Shown here: piece by piece, positions 31,086 to 32,000 of the stretch
Layout: the number at the start of each line of letters is the position of its first letter
Numbering within the stretch: the stretch's first letter is position 1
NCBI RefSeq assembly: GCF_000017305.1
Contig: NC_009664.2
Span: forward strand, 1,080,001-1,112,000
Source of the DNA: Kineococcus radiotolerans SRS30216 = ATCC BAA-149
Lineage (GTDB): Bacteria; Actinomycetota; Actinomycetes; Actinomycetales; Kineococcaceae
Direction: 5' to 3'
Length of the DNA: 32,000 nt
Program-made: the position numbers and the translations under genes
The notes under the pieces: generated by a model
The model's input: the letters and a program-made list of their open reading frames with translations, nothing else
Told to the model about the DNA's origin: nothing
Databases searched by the model: none

Positions 31086-32000
31086 GTGCCCGCGAGCCCT
31101 CGACCCCACCGGCGCCCCTCCCCCGGGGCCCGGCACACCCGCCGGTTGCGGCTGGCCGCCACCCTGGCCACCGTCGGTGTCCTCGCCACCGCCGGGATCG
31201 TCTGGATCACCGGGGACGGCGAGGTGCCGCTCGTGCGCGAGCGCTGCTCGGCGACGGTCGACGGGGAGTCGACGTCGATGTCGCCGGAGCAGGCCGCCAA
31301 CGCGGCCACCGTCGTGGGGATCGCGGTGCGCCGCGGGCTGCCCGCGCGCGCGGCGACGATCGGGATCGCCACGATCGTCCAGGAGTCGGGGATGCGGAAC
31401 CTCGACCACGGCGACCGGGACTCCCTCGGCCTGTTCCAGCAGCGGCCCTCCCAGGGGTGGGGCACCCCGGAGCAGGTGCAGGACCCGGTCTTCGCGACGA
31501 ACGCGTTCTACGACGCGCTGGTGGAGGTCGACGGCTACCGCGACCTGCCGGTGACGGACGCGGCGCAGCGGGTGCAGCGCAGCGGTTTCCCCCTGGCCTA
31601 CGGCGACCACGAGCCGGAGGCCCGCCTGGTGGCCTCGGCGCTGACCGGTTACACCCCGGGGGGTTTCAGCTGCCACCTGCGTCCGGTGGCGACGGAGGTC
31701 CAGGTCGGCGGGGACGAGCAGCTCACCCCCTCCGCCCAGGCCGTCGCCGACGCCGCGGGGGCGCAGGTGACGATCCTGTCCCCCTCGGTCGTGGAGGGTG
31801 CGCAGGGGCGGGCCCTGGAGTACCGGGCGGAGGGCGAGGACGCGGCGCGCACGGCCTGGGCGATCGCCGCGTGGGCCGTGGCCAGCGCCGGGGTGCACCC
31901 GGTGACCGAAGTCAGCGTGGAGGGTTCGCGCTGGAGCCGGGACGCCTCCGGGCGCGGCTGGGTGCCCACCGCCACCGGCGTGCCCGGTGGCGGTGTGCGG
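31086..32000 (+). CDS. Membrane-anchored/secreted conserved hypothetical protein with ES...GLFQQ (lysozyme/SLT-like?) motif; continues past the right edge
   Basis: Absent from the ORF track because there is no stop in the window. GTG 31086 lies 1 nt after the dapD stop. Translation: VPASPRPHRR...LRLAATLATVGVLATAGIVWI (TM)...AATIGIATIVQESGMRNLDHGDRDSLGLFQQRPSQGWGTPEQVQDPVFATNAFYDAL...AAQRVQRSGFPLAYGDHE. GC3 is high throughout. Confidence 0.65.
   Translation, partial: MPASPRPHRRPSPGARHTRRLRLAATLATVGVLATAGIVWITGDGEVPLVRERCSATVDGESTSMSPEQAANAATVVGIAVRRGLPARAATIGIATIVQESGMRNLDHGDRDSLGLFQQRPSQGWGTPEQVQDPVFATNAFYDALVEVDGYRDLPVTDAAQRVQRSGFPLAYGDHEPEARLVASALTGYTPGGFSCHLRPVATEVQVGGDEQLTPSAQAVADAAGAQVTILSPSVVEGAQGRALEYRAEGEDAARTAWAIAAWAVASAGVHPVTEVSVEGSRWSRDASGRGWVPTATGVPGGGVR

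Noticed and set aside
1-32000. Search for defence systems, toxin-antitoxin pairs, CRISPR, mobile elements and biosynthetic clusters
   Set aside because: Every sizeable ORF with coding-like third-position GC is accounted for by a housekeeping or conserved-unknown family. There are no spaced repeats, no transposase, recombinase or phage motifs, and no compositional break.

Overview
Very GC-rich (roughly 73-75% by eye) actinobacterial chromosomal core region, densely coded on both strands. I support about 36 protein genes. I found no rRNA, tRNA, CRISPR array, transposase, integrase or phage gene. From memory (not a database search), gene order matches two conserved actinobacterial neighbourhoods known from Mycobacterium tuberculosis. 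The first is adnB-adnA, an MGMT-like protein, DUF3152, DUF3107 and a DEAD-box helicase (Rv3201c-Rv3211-like). The second is MgtE_N/CBS, DUF1003, mrp, tatB, htrA, rseA, sigE, an O-methyltransferase, DUF3117, LOG, dapE and dapD (Rv1201c-Rv1232c-like). Two genes are missing from the ORF track because they run off the window: adnB (1-901, minus) and a secreted protein (31086-32000, plus). Most very long ORFs in the track are antisense or N-terminally over-extended high-GC artefacts, so I trimmed starts using overlaps, SD sites and -10 boxes. This is mostly an ordinary housekeeping region. The least ordinary item is a full-length PilB/MshE-type secretion ATPase with two MshEN-type (c-di-GMP receptor) motifs. 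It is translationally coupled to the MgtE_N-CBS and DUF1003 genes and has no pilus or secretion partner in the window. Other points: an alkyltransferase-like (Cys->Trp) protein coupled to metF upstream of adnAB; many probable leaderless genes (TANNNT 6-7 nt before the start), including two back-to-back divergent pairs; a GGAACC-N16-CGTT ECF promoter upstream of sigE; eight GTGA stop/start overlaps; several 12-13-nt tandem duplications; and long perfect GC hairpins without U-tracts as terminators.
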